From the human T2T-CHM13v2.0 reference genome, Homo sapiens, in the NCBI RefSeq assembly GCF_009914755.1, contig NC_060925.1: a stretch of DNA of 64,000 nt, one strand, 5' to 3'. This document shows positions 13,255-27,773 of this stretch, piece by piece. Every line of letters starts with the position of its first letter. Positions within the stretch are counted from its first letter, which is position 1. Both the position numbers and the translations under genes were made by a program. The notes below the pieces were generated by a model. That model was not told the DNA's origin, searched no databases, and saw only the letters and a list, made by a program, of their open reading frames with translations.

Positions 13255-13790
13255 GTAAGAGAGGAAAAAATTATTTTTCCTTCTACCCTCCTAGGTTCTC
13301 TGCCTGGGACTTTGTAAATTAGACTAACAAAACAGATTGACAAAAGAAACCCAAACAATTTATTAATGTGTGAAGCACACCCCACCTGGGAGGAACCTCA
13401 TGATGAGTAACTCAAAGGGGAGTTAGAGCTTAGATTTATATAGCATCTTAACAAAAGAGCAATAACTTTGTAGAGAAGTGACAAGACAAAGGAAAAAACG
13501 TTAAGTTTCTAGGGCTGCAAATTTTGAGAAGGCAAATACCTGAAAGAAACTAATGGAGAAGGTTTGTGTAGGTCTGTCTTGACACTGACTTCTTTGTGGA
13601 CATAAATCTCCCTCCGGAGAAAGGACTTACAGCAGTCCTCATTCCTCAGAAGTTTCTGCTTAGAGTCATCTAAGAGATACTCCAGGAAGGCTTCTTTCTG
13701 CTTCCATTGCATCTCATTTGCCTGCAGTTCAAAATAATCTTTATGCCAAAGAGGCATATTTTAAGGTGACTTATTCTTGTCCCCTAAAAC
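13255..13790 (-). mobile_element. ERV1-type solo LTR (MER34/MER39-like)
   Basis: Minus strand begins ...aaaatatgcctctttggcataaagattattttgaactg; similar to copies at 16.9 kb and 46.8 kb. Confidence 0.6.
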
Positions 13791-13945
13791 TTAGAGTAAC
13801 AATGCATCAACTCTGATCTTGCCACAGTGCAGGTCCATCTAAACTCATAATTAAAGCTTATTCTACAGTGTTTCATGCACAATTTGATTTTTACAAATTC
13901 TTTTTAAAATTTACATTCCCATGGAATCTGCCTAAGGCTACTTTT

Positions 13946-14342
13946 TGCAAAGCTTATAGCTTGCAGTGAACGCCAAGAATGAGTTCTCAGAAAATTCCAG
14001 CTGAGCGGGGGAGGGAGCAGCTCTTCTGAGGAGAGTCCGCCCCAATATCTGCCCACCATGTATTCATTGAAAGGGCTTGTTACACCACAAACATCCACCA
14101 GATGGCTTTTTGAGGTCGGGTTGTGAGACACCTGTGGCCTTGTCAAAGCACTCAAACCGCATTCTCAGGAGGCTGTTTTCAGCGTTCCTTATCACACACT
14201 CCACTCCTTGTCCTGTTTTCAGGGTCAAGGAATTATATTCTCATGCACAAATAACATACACACAGTGCCTCAGCATTTTTCCATGCCCCAACCTCAAATG
14301 CCTTGTACATAAGTTTGAGTATGTGGCTGTGCGCCCCCCACA
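13946..14342 (-). mobile_element. Well-preserved solo LTR, family unresolved
   Basis: TG...CA termini, exact 5-bp TSD CTTTT (13941-13945, 14343-14347), several CpGs retained. Confidence 0.75.
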
Positions 14343-14659
14343 CTTTTCTGGCCCAGGTTGTTTTGGTCAGGCATTGGGGAAACATCAACCCAACGTGTAA
14401 AAAACATTAAAAGAGCAATTTAAATCTTTTCTGAATTCTCTTGACAAAGACCAAAGGGAATCCATTCATGACACCCTGTAGAACTTCTTAAAATAGTCTT
14501 TCCTGAATTCTCTTAAAATCTTACACACACTGCAATGTGTGTGCCCCTTTTATAACTTCCCACAACTCTTCCCCCAGATTGGGCATTGCTGACTTTTATA
14601 TTTCTACTCTTCCTTCCTCACCTCCTGATCTCTTCCTTTAACTACCATCTGCCCATTTC

Positions 14660-14968
14660 TTTGTGTTTTGTTGTTATTTGTTTTTTTGAAACAGGTTCTT
14701 GCTTTGTTGCCTACACTGGAGTGCAGTGGTGCAATTACAGCTCACTGAAGCCTTGATCTCCTGGACTCAGGTGATCCTCCTGTCTCAGCCTCCCAAGTAT
14801 CTAGGACTACAGGCACATGCCACCATGCCTGTCTAATATATATAAAATTTTATTTTTTATAGAGATGAGGTCTTGCTATGCTGGTCTTGAACTCCTGTGC
14901 TCAAGCCATCCACCTGCCTCGGCCTCCCAAAGTGTTGAGATTACAGGTGTGAACCACTATGCCCAGCT
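14660..14968 (-). mobile_element. AluJ-like element
   Basis: Antisense dimeric Alu with T-rich tail on the left. Confidence 0.9.
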
Positions 14969-15259
14969 TGCCCATTCCATTGTAAAGCAATGAAGCCAGT
15001 CTGAGAACAACAGTTTCACCTGATCTATTACCCCAGTTCTCCAGGAAACGATCTGGCATAGATCCAACTATCTTTTAATGTTCAAAGGAATAGAAGAGCC
15101 TGCTAATGCTCATTTATTAATTCGCCTAATTTTGGATACAAATAGTAAAACATATAAGCCTGTAATCTTTATTTACTCTTGTGGTGTAAATATTCACCCA
15201 TCAGGAGCCCCAGGAGGACCCTGTCCTGGAGCTGAGGGTAAGCCCTGAAGAATATGCAG

Positions 15260-15650
15260 GCTTGGAAGGGGAGCAGAGGGAGGCAGGAAGGTGGTGAAGG
15301 GGGAGGTGTTGGGGAGAGGAGGAGGGAGGCAGAGAGAAGAGGAGAAATTCCTCTGTCTCTGTCTCTCTCTGATTCACTCTGTCAGTGTCTCCTCTGTCTG
15401 TCTTTTGTCTCCATCTCTGTCTCTGATGCTCTTGCTCATCCTGTGGGGAGAGAGGGCTGAGGAGGGAAGAGTGGGATTGGGGCGGGGGACAATGGCAGTG
15501 CCAGGTGGAGACTTGTCCTTCAGAGTCCCCAGACACCCCTTCCTAAGCATCTCTATCTCTCTGCATCTATCTCTGATTCTGCCTCTCCCCCAAGACCCAC
15601 CATATTACTCTCTTTCTCTCTCTCAATCACTCTCTGTTTCTTTCTTTAAT
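15260..15650. repeat. GA-rich / CT-rich low-complexity region
   Basis: Alternating purine and pyrimidine blocks. Confidence 0.7.
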
Positions 15651-16869
15651 CTCTAATTCTAAAATCCAAAAACCTTTGAGACAAAGTTTTCTTCTAATTC
15701 ATTTGACAGAAAAAACCTGACCCAAACTTTGTGATGCTATTTATTGTCTCTATAGAGCCCACTTAGTGTGAATATTTTTGTATTTTTATATTTTATGGAG
15801 AAATATTAGTAAGACAATAGTATAAGTGATATGGTTTCTAAAGTCCTATAGTTCTGAATCTGAAGTAAGCCATTAAGATGAAGAATTACTTGCAATTATT
15901 TCCTGTAATACATGTTCTATTTTATGTCCATATTTATGTAGGGCTAAACTAGATTTTCCTTCCTTTTTAAAATAATTTATTGTACAAACATTCTGTATAT
16001 AAATCTATAAAAGATACTGAAGAACATGCATTCCTCAAGAAGTAGAACATGGGGTATGTAAATAAAAATTATTCAAAGCTTAGGATTAGCAAAAAGAGAT
16101 CACTGGAGTAAATGCTCAATGGATTCCTGGGCATTTTCTAGCAGGCCCTCTGGAGATGATCAATTCACAGGAGTATGTGACTCTGACTGACTTTATTTAA
16201 AGTTCTTTTAGAACTCTTTAAGCATAGAGGTTAATTTGCAGTAAATTTATAGGAATGCAAATGACTCTTATCTGAGAACAATGCAAATGATTCCTGGTTA
16301 TAGTAGAGCAAATATATTTTGTCCATTTTGTTTTAATTACTTTCCACCAGGTAGAAAAGCTAATTGCAAATATTACAGTTTGTTACTCTGTAGGATATTA
16401 ACCAGTTTTGTATCTATTGGAAAGGTCACTTCAGAATGCTTTTGACTGACTGACTATATGCATTCCTATTCCTCAAATTCTTCTTTGAACCAGTTGTAGC
16501 ATCTGAATGTTTCCTCATTAATTAATGAGTTGAATTAAATCTTTGATATATATTCATCTTATATTTACTTGTGTCATATTTTTAACTTTTTGAAAATCAT
16601 GTCTTAGAGGGTGCTTACACTATAGGAATTTGCATATTAGTTAAGAAAAGATAAGACATAAAAAATCATAAGGCAGCATGTGATAAATGGCAAGTGATCA
16701 TATGGATTTTGGGGGCTGTGGTAGAGTTTCTGGATGACAGTTTTTTTCATTTATTTCTGCATTACTTTCATTCATTTAACAGACAACTGCTTTGCAATAT
16801 GAAGCACCGTGGAAGGGAATACAAATACAAATCAGACACAAACCCTGTCCTGGAGTTAGCAGTTTCCTG

Positions 16870-17736
<867 letters not shown>

Positions 17737-18069
17737 GGAGAAAGACATAGATTAATCATCACAAACAGTAGTAATGGATGGAGAAGAGAAGAACATTTGC
17801 AACCTTACTGTGTCCTTAATGCTTTATTATTCTATTAAAACCTGAAATTTTGTAGGAATTTTTCCCCAGTTTCATAATTACAGCACAGAGAACCAACCAA
17901 GGGTTATAGTAGTCACAAGCAAGATGATATGGGATCCCTCAAAACAATTTTACATGCCTTAATTCCTGAGACCAAAGCATTCTCCTCACCTCTCTCTTTA
18001 CTCATTTGGTTAACTCTGGACTCAGGCCAAATCCTGTCCCTGGAAGAGCCACAAAGTAGGAAGCCTGGG

Positions 18070-18186
18070 TACAGGCCTGGCAAGCGAGAACAATGTGTCA
18101 CTGCAGGACTTTGGAGCTCTCAGCTTTGGAGTCAGTTAAGACCAGTTCCTTGCTGGGAAGCCCTAACTCTGGAGGGACAGAGACAG
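18070..18186 (+). other. C4BPB: C4BPB non-coding first exon (start approximate)
   Basis: Strong donor ACAG|gtaagg at 18186/18187 upstream of the ATG exon. Confidence 0.6.
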
Positions 18187-18359
18187 GTAAGGTTAGTTTA
18201 CTTCCTTGAGCTTTCGTCTTCAGTGCTGCTTACAGCCTTAGGATATCTGGTATTCAGGAAAGGAGGATGAGGTAGCATTCAAAATTGTGTTCTACCTGGG
18301 CAAGAACCAGGGATTGACAGCCCGTTCTCTTTCCCCAGTGCTGGCCAGAGTTACAGAAG

Positions 18360-18505
18360 TTGGACTGTAAACATTGGCAACTATTGACAGAAGTCAAGGT
18401 CATGGCAAGACCATTTGGCCCATGTTTGTTGGGGAAGGATAAGCCTGCGTTTCAAAAAGACTGGTCAACTGGATTTGCATTCCCAGAAACCAGGAAATTT
18501 CTGAA
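18360..18505 (+). promoter_or_regulatory. C4BPB: C4BPB liver promoter motif cluster
   Basis: TGTAAACA (FOXA) 18366, TTGGCA (NF1) 18374, TCAAGGTCA 18394, TGTTTGTT 18423, ATTTGCAT 18473, TTCCCAGAA 18480. Confidence 0.55.
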
Positions 18506-18771
18506 ACTGAGTTTTAAACCTGGCAACTCTTTTACCATCCCTTTGTATTTTTGCAGTTCCTCCCTATACCAGCTTCCTTACAGCTGTTCTGATTTCCTGT
18601 CGTAAGATTTTTTCTTTTCATTTTCTCCAGGGAGGGTAAATCAATATAACCTCTTCTCTAGAGAGGAGGTGGTTAGGTTGGTCTTAAGCAGTGTTAGAAG
18701 ATCTATTTTTTTTCAAACCAGGTGTCTGAGCTGGGTGAATTCCAGCCTGGGGAGAGGACTTTGATCACCAG

Positions 18772-18829
18772 ATGTTTTTTTGGTGTGCGTGCTGTCTTAT
18801 GGTTGCGTGGCGAGTTTCTGCTTCAGATG
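18772..18829 (+). CDS. C4BPB: C4BPB signal-peptide exon, coding part (exon acceptor at 18721/18722)
   Basis: MFFWCACCLMVAWRVSASD; donor G|gtacgt. Confidence 0.95.
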
Positions 18830-19229
18830 GTACGTATGCTTTCCTTCAACTCAGCTTACAGGCATTTGGTGTCCGTTTGCGGTGTTTTGAGGAACTCTGT
18901 CTAGGGCTTTAAGGAAGTTTACATTTATAATATCTTTATTCTTCTATTGAAAAATCTCAAATTGGCCTAATGCTCTGCACTCAATAGGAGCTTAGTGTAC
19001 ATTTAATGATAACCCTGATCTCTGAAGTGGGTGGTTACTGTTTTTTTACTTTCCCTTTCTGTTCTGGGAGCAAAAAGAGTACCAATTTCAAAATCCTGGG
19101 AGGTCTTACTTGTTATAAACTCCAGGATCGCTATTTGTGTAGGGGACTATTTGTTTAGAAGTGGACAACTTGTGGTTGAATTTGAGTAAAATTCCTGTTA
19201 TACTTTTGAAAATAAAACTTCGGAAATCC

Positions 19230-19408
19230 GGCCGGGCGCAGCGGCTCAAGCCTGTAATCCCGGCACTTTGAGAGGCCGAGGTGGGCGGATCACGAGGTCA
19301 AGAGATCGAGACCATCCTGGCTAAGACAGTGAAACCCCGTCTCTGCTGAAAATACAAAAAATTAGCTGGGCGTGGTGGCGGGTGCCTGTAGTCCCGGCTA
19401 CTTGGGAG
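19230..19408 (+). mobile_element. 3'-truncated AluY-like element
   Basis: CpG-rich; gagatcgagaccatcctggctaa diagnostic; stops abruptly in the right arm with no tail. Confidence 0.9.
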
Positions 19409-19547
19409 TAGAATACAGAGTACTTGGGAAGAGCACAGGAATCAGGATCAATAATCCAGCAAAAAGACATGAGAATGGGGAAATCTAATAAGGGTTCTCT
19501 GACAGCACATGATATGCCAAGTGAATCTGTTTTCTTTTTTCTTCCAG

Positions 19548-19721
19548 CAGAGCACTGTCCAGAGCTTCCTCCAGTGGACAATAGCATATTTGTCGCAAAG
19601 GAGGTGGAAGGACAGATTCTGGGGACTTACGTTTGTATCAAGGGCTACCACCTGGTAGGAAAGAAGACCCTTTTTTGCAATGCCTCTAAGGAGTGGGATA
19701 ACACCACTACTGAGTGCCGCT
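19548..19721 (+). CDS. C4BPB: C4BPB CCP1 exon
   Basis: (A)EHCPELPPVDNSIFVAKEVEGQILGTYVCIKGYHLVGKKTLFCNASKEWDNTTTECR; phase 1-1; donor gtgagt. Confidence 0.97.
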
Positions 19722-20883
19722 GTGAGTTAGATCTTTCTGTATCTTTGCCCATATTGATATCCTGTTTTACTCCTTCACATCCTACTTCCTATAGGCTGTG
19801 GTAAAACTTTATAAGAAAACAAAAATTCTCAATTTCTAGGAGACCTCTTTTAAAGCACTCCAGTGGAGGAGCTTCTCTTGGAAGCTCTATGATCAGATCT
19901 TGATCAGTATTAATTCAGTTGAATTAACAGAATCAATTCCCTCTATGGGAAAGAAATAATTTCTTCCAGATATTAGAACTAATTTTTTTTTGCTATAATT
20001 TGTTTAACCTTATATTGCTTTAAAAATGTTTATGTTATGGAAAATTTAAAATGTATACAAACGACAGAAGAGTCAAATTCACTCATATAGACTCATCACA
20101 TAATTTCATCAATTATCCACACATGATAATCTTGTTTCATGTATATCCTCTTTATTATTTTGAAGTAAGTGCATTGTATCATTTTATTTCACCTATCATA
20201 TAACTTTTGAACTGGGAATAGTTTGTATTCTCAGTTTACCAATGTGATAATTGAGATCCAGCTGACTTGCTCAAGGTCACAAAACTCATTTCTGGTATCC
20301 TCTGTGGAGATGGGGAATAATTAATCCATATCCTATTTATTACTATTATTTTTTAAAGAATAGTTGCATTAGTTCTCTTGTATACCTAGAGTAGAGCACA
20401 CCGATATTATTATCCTTCATTCATATAACCAAACTCATATATCCCTGTGCATTCTCTCCTGTTTTTTTCCATGCCATGGGAAAAAGCACAACAAAATAAA
20501 AAATGCTAAGTAAGTGTATATTTGGCTGGTTGAAAGGGAAGGAAATACTTGCTTCAAACATAGTCTCACTATTTTGAGCCATGCTTAATATAACAGTACA
20601 ATAAACATACGATTGGTAACTTTCAGTTACGTGATTAATTACTTTCAGTTGCCAATTCATGTTGTTCTTGTGCATGACAAAGCTCTTTTGGGCTGTACTT
20701 AGGTCAATCTCCTCTTTTTTTCATTCTGCATTGATATGGTAGTACCATGTACTTCACTCAATTAAAAATGTGCAGTATTAACTCTAATTTGCTGTTTTCT
20801 CACTGAAGACTGAGGAGGTCTGGCCTTTGCTGTGTTGGGCTTCAGCTTTGCCCTTTCAGCTTATTGCTTATTTTCTTCTTCAG

Positions 20884-21060
20884 TGGGCCACTGTCCTGAT
20901 CCTGTGCTGGTGAATGGAGAGTTCAGTTCTTCAGGGCCTGTGAATGTAAGTGACAAAATCACGTTTATGTGCAATGACCACTACATCCTCAAGGGCAGCA
21001 ATCGGAGCCAGTGTCTAGAGGACCACACCTGGGCACCTCCCTTTCCCATCTGCAAAAGTA
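20884..21060 (+). CDS. C4BPB: C4BPB CCP2 exon
   Basis: (L)GHCPDPVLVNGEFSSSGPVNVSDKITFMCNDHYILKGSNRSQCLEDHTWAPPFPICKS; cag/gtaagt. Confidence 0.97.
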
Positions 21061-21817
21061 GTAAGTACAAGAGAAACCATCAAGGATCCCCAAAATACTG
21101 ATTAGTAGTCTAAACTTAGACATTTGCCACATCCCTGGGATGCTTTTCTCTTTTTTTGTATCAGAGACAGGCTTAAGATCTAGCAGACAGCCATGAAACA
21201 AGTGGAGCTCACAGAACCAAATCTCACCTCAAGAGAATACATTCCATTGCAATGAACAGCATCCAAAGCACACATTTTTCCTTCTCAGATAGGGGTCCTG
21301 TCCTACTAGGTGTAATGTAGGGTAGTTTGGAGCATCGACTATTTTATTTCTTAATTTCAAGACAGTGACTTTGTTTGAAAAGTAAACACAAAACGGGAAA
21401 AAGATCATAACTCATCTATTGCAAAATTATCTACAAGAGGCCAAAGACCCTCTTTCTATCACTACAATTCATATCTCTCAGAGTTAGTAAATTGGGTGTG
21501 TTTATTTCATGACTTTTTCTTATGTTTATACAGACATTTAAAACAAACACACACAAATAAAATATTTAAATTAAATAAGCATTAAATGCCATTTTGTGTG
21601 TATGTATATATATAAATATACCTATAGAAAAGGGACTTGCTATACATATTTTTAAATTGCTTTTTTTCATGTAACTATATACATGGCCACTTTCCTACAC
21701 CAGTCCATGTAGCTCTATTGCCCGCTATTTAATAACTGCATATGTGTATGTCATAATTTATTATATGGCTCCCATATTATTTTAATATTTTTTATATTTG
21801 GAACAATGCTGAAATGA

Positions 21818-22164
<347 letters not shown>

Positions 22165-22199
22165 ACTACATTGCTATTTCTATAGGATAGATTCCTAAA

Positions 22200-23430
22200 A
22201 TGATTGCTGGATCACAGGATGCTATTATTTGCAGAATATACTTCAAATATCCAAGAAAGTCTACTAAAATATTTAATATATACTTGGACACAAAATAAAT
22301 ATTGAAAAAAATCAATGTTTTCATTTTCTATTAATAATTGTTAGTTGAATTTGAAATGTAAAAATAATTCGATTCACAAGATCTATATGAAAATTTACTG
22401 AAAGATATAAAATAAGACTTGAATGAAAGAAAAGACATGCATGATCCTGGATGGGCAGACTTACTATTACAGTGCAATGCCTCCCAGGATTTTAAATTCA
22501 AAAATATGAAAAAAACATTAATTAAAGAATCTCATCCAGTAGGATACACATCTAACATTGTAAATATTTTTGGGAAAATGATGAATGATGTATACATTTG
22601 ACTGGATCAAAGTTAAAGGAATACTTGCCGTATTAGATAGTAAAAAATACTACAAAGTTACTATGAGCACAATATGGCAAACTGTAGGTACTACAAATTA
22701 TATATCATTAAAATAGCAAAGTATAGGTACATATAAGTAGAACAGATTAAGTCAGGAGGAAAAGTCTATTCAATAGTGATGGAATAATTATCTATTTGGA
22801 AGAAGACAAAGTTAGGGCTCTAGCTCACACCATATTCATAATACATTCCAAATGGATTTTAAATATATAACTATAGAAAGCAAAATTATTAAATCATTAA
22901 AAGAAAACATGAGATAATATATTTATTACATTGGGATGGGGAAAGCCTTCCTAAGCAGTTTCATAAAACTCAGGAAGTCATAAAGGAAGAAAATGGGCAG
23001 ATTTAATTAAATTTTTAAAAGAAAAACTTCTACATACTAAAAGACATCATATTGAATAAAGTATTTGCAACATATTTGATGGTTAAAGAGTTAATGTTTT
23101 TAATAAACAAAGATCCCCTAGAGATCAGTAAGGAAAAAAACAACCCAATAGAAAATAAGCAGTTGGGTAAGGACAGGCAATTCCAAAATAATGGCCCTAA
23201 ACAGCACTTCTATCTCCTGATTATATGAAAGGATATTGAACATTACAAATGATTATAGAACTGGAAATTAAAATTAGATATACATCTTTTACTGATCAGA
23301 TTAGCAAAAAATGAAAAGATGGATTTAATTTAATACTATTCATGACCTGAGGAAATAGCCATTTATGTCAGTGAGAGTGTAAAGTGCTATCACTATTTGG
23401 ATGTATTTTGGCAGTAGCTACTAAAATAAT
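22200..23430 (+). mobile_element. Old L1 (L1M) ORF2 relics
   Basis: A-rich sequence with L1-like phrases (aagacttgaatgaaagaaaagacat, ctcacaccatat, aaagccttcctaagca, atttgcaacatat). Confidence 0.65.
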
Positions 23431-23434
23431 AAAA

Positions 23435-23562
23435 GCCAGGCGTGGCAGTGCATACCTGCAGTCCCAGCTACTTGGGAAGCTAAGGCAGGAGGATAGCTTG
23501 AGTCCAGAAATTTGAGGCCAGCCTAGACAACACAGTGAGGCCTGTCTCTAAAAAAAAAAAAA
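23435..23562 (+). mobile_element. FLAM Alu monomer
   Basis: Single arm plus poly-A. Confidence 0.85.
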
Positions 23563-24466
23563 TGAAAAAGAAATAATAAAGACAGGCAGTTTAAGAGCAC
23601 AAACTATATATGCTCTTACATGAGGGAATTTGGGGTTATTTAAAACTTGCATACATACTATTATATATACAGTTAAATTACATGCATATAATAGCATTTT
23701 ATGTCATTAGCTTGACACAAGTTTAAAGTATTTCCTTATTTCTTCCAAACATTTTCTGGTTTACTCTCTTTTAATTCAGTAGTTTCTATCCTAGCTCTTA
23801 ACCACAGGATCCCTGTCTTTTTATGTCACTTCATTATCTAAATCTAGGATGAGCTCCCTAGGTTTCTGAATAAACCAGATTCTTTCTGTTTATTCTGTTT
23901 ACCACATCATCTCCTTCCGTTCAAAATTGTACTCATAAAAGTTACCAGAACTCTGGTGGACTGGAATCCCCCAAACAACTCCTGGCAATTCTTCTTGCTT
24001 TCCTCTATTCAGCCTTTGAGCTCAGTCTCTGAGCTTTAAAAAATTACAGTGTATTAACTGCATAAGTAATATTAATACACCTTTGTTGTAGAAAAATATA
24101 GAAAATAAAAGACGAAACCAATTACATACAAGCCATCTAAGGATAAGGGCATTAAGTATTTTGGCATATAACTTTCCATACTTTTTTCCTGTGCTTATGT
24201 ATGTGTAACCATGATTTACAAAAATAATATTATACATGCTCTTTCATCATCTGCTGTTTTTACTCAACCATTTGTTTAGAAGATTTTTATGTTTCAGTAA
24301 ATATACACCCACATAATCATTGTTAGCCACTATTTTTGATCGACATGTTTAGTGTCCTGTGGTCTCAGAGCTGACTGGGACCTTAGAGATGATATTATTT
24401 AACCTGCTTATCTGATAATATTAGGAAGGAAGCCAAGAGGAGCAAAATGGCTTTAGTGCTACATAG

Positions 24467-24866
<400 letters not shown>

Positions 24867-24893
24867 CTTCTCCCCTTTTTCTGATACTCTCTT

Positions 24894-25316
24894 TGATATA
24901 GTTTGGATGTGTGTTCCTGCTCAAATCTCATATTGAATTGTAATCTCCAGTGTTGGAGGTGGTGCTTGGTGGGAGGTGACTGGATCATGCGGGTGGATTT
25001 CTCATGAATGGTCTAGCACCATCTCCCTAGGTACTGTCCTCATGACAGCGAGTGAGTTCTCATGAGATCTGGTTGTTTAAAAGTGTGTAACGCCTCCTCC
25101 CTCTCTCGTTCCTGCACCTGTTATGTGAGATGCCTCCCTCCCCCTTTGCCTTCTGCCATGATTGTAAGTTTTCCGAGGCCTCCCCAGAAGCCGAGCAGAT
25201 GCCAGCACCATGTTTCCTGTACAGCCTGCAGAACTGTGAGCCAATTAAACCTCTTTTCTTTATAAATTACCCAGTCTCAGGTATTTCTGTATCACAATGT
25301 GAGATGGACTAATACA
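24894..25316 (+). mobile_element. MaLR solo LTR (MSTA-like)
   Basis: tgatatagtttggatg...gccaattaaacctcttttctttataaattacccagtctcagg...ggactaataca; near-TSD ctctt/ctcat. Confidence 0.9.
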
Positions 25317-25761
25317 CTCATGTTTCACAACTCTTATCCACAGGGGATGTCAGCTTCCACTTGAGCTCACACGCTTCATCTCCTCTCTCAGGGAGTTATT
25401 TCTTCAGCCTTCACCTATGGCCCAATTTTTCTTTTCTTGTACATTAACAATTAGCTTCTCTACAACTTAAAATTTCTTTCCTTGAGCTCCTGCTGTCAGA
25501 TAATACTCCCAAATCCCTACTAACTCAGAAGATGGGCTGGGGGAAAGCTCTTTCCCATGGACAAATATGATTTAGAAGAGAAGGAAATGAATGAAGAACA
25601 GGTTTCCAGATCCCGCAGGTGTTGCTGTGAGGATGTCAGGTGCTGGCGCAGGTGTTGCTCTGAGGCTGTCAGGTGCTGGCATAAACAGCTGCAATTAGGG
25701 GTGCTGTTCATTGAGCGTGCCTGGCCCTCATAACTATGACTTCTATACTCGTTTCTCTCAG

Positions 25762-25855
25762 GGGACTGTGACCCTCCTGGGAATCCAGTTCATGGCTATT
25801 TTGAAGGAAATAACTTCACCTTAGGATCCACCATTAGTTATTACTGTGAAGACAG
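25762..25855 (+). CDS. C4BPB: C4BPB CCP3 first-half exon
   Basis: (R)DCDPPGNPVHGYFEGNNFTLGSTISYYCED(R); phase 1-2. Confidence 0.96.
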
Positions 25856-26062
25856 GTAAGTGAACACAGCCTGTCAAATGCCAGATCTTGCCCCTTGGCA
25901 GCATTGTTTTGGGGAATAACCCAGTCTGTGTCCACCTGGTCATCTGATTTCCTACTGCTGCAGGATTCTAAGCTCATTCTGATTTTGAGAGCTGCTTTGG
26001 CCCTCTGCTAGCTCTCCTCAATCCCTAGAAGACAGACTGATCCTACTAAAGTATCCTACTTA

Positions 26063-26762
<700 letters not shown>

Positions 26763-27392
26763 TAAAATGTATGTTTTTCTAAAAAAAAAAAAAAAAAAAA
26801 AAAATCAGAGAATATAAATACTAAAAAACAAACATAGAAGTGCAGAAATATAAAGACTTAGTGTATAGACCCTTAAAGCCCCCTAATTAACTCAGAGTCA
26901 TGTGGCCTCACTGGCATTTCGATCTCGTTATATACCTTCAATGCACTTTGCAGGCAACTCTCATATTTTTCTGATGAAAAGCAATTGCTCCTTTTTAGCC
27001 CCTTCGCTAAGATTTATTTGCAGGTGTCTCTCATTTTCTACTCCTTTTTAGAGCTTAGATGCCAGATGCCTTTTTAGGTTATTGAATGATAAAGTGCTTC
27101 TATCACTCTCCCCACCCAAAACCTGGGTGTGTAAACACCTGATTCAGAATTTCTCACTTCTCTATGTTTTATGGGTTGACTCATCACTTGGGTCCTCTCC
27201 TACCTCCAGGAAAATGGTTTTACTTTGAACTGCTTTGTAATACCGAGATAACTTAAGCATGCATTGAGGCTCAAGGGCAGGGAGGTGGATTCCATCACAG
27301 CATGAAATACTGAAATACAACTACACAAAACCAGTCTCCATTACCCAATTCAGAAAGTGGAAAAGCTAAGCCTTGTTCTAATTTCTGTTCAG

Positions 27393-27507
27393 GTACTACT
27401 TAGTGGGCGTGCAGGAGCAGCAATGCGTTGATGGGGAGTGGAGCAGTGCACTTCCAGTCTGCAAGTTGATCCAGGAAGCTCCCAAACCAGAGTGTGAGAA
27501 GGCACTT
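27393..27507 (+). CDS. C4BPB: C4BPB exon: CCP3 second half plus start of oligomerisation domain
   Basis: (R)YYLVGVQEQQCVDGEWSSALPVCKLIQEAPKPECEKAL; phase 2-0. Confidence 0.96.
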
Positions 27508-27773
27508 GTAAGTAGGAGGCTCATATCTGTCTTGTTCACAGCTGGATCTCCAGGGCCTGGCATCACTCCTGGCATATGCTCAGTATATATCTGTTTAATG
27601 TGGGACATTTTGCTTTTGAATGGGTTGGCCTTGGCCTGGCTGTAGAAGGGACTCATAAACTATTAACTCACATTTTTATAAATGGAAGTTGGAAGTTCCC
27701 ATTCACTACCATCATCACAAATACCTCATGAGACCCTGTTGGTAGAAGTTGTTGTCTCATGTGCCTTATAGAG

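Noticed and set aside
15201-15656. Overlapping ORFs on both strands
   Set aside because: Products of GA/CT low-complexity DNA
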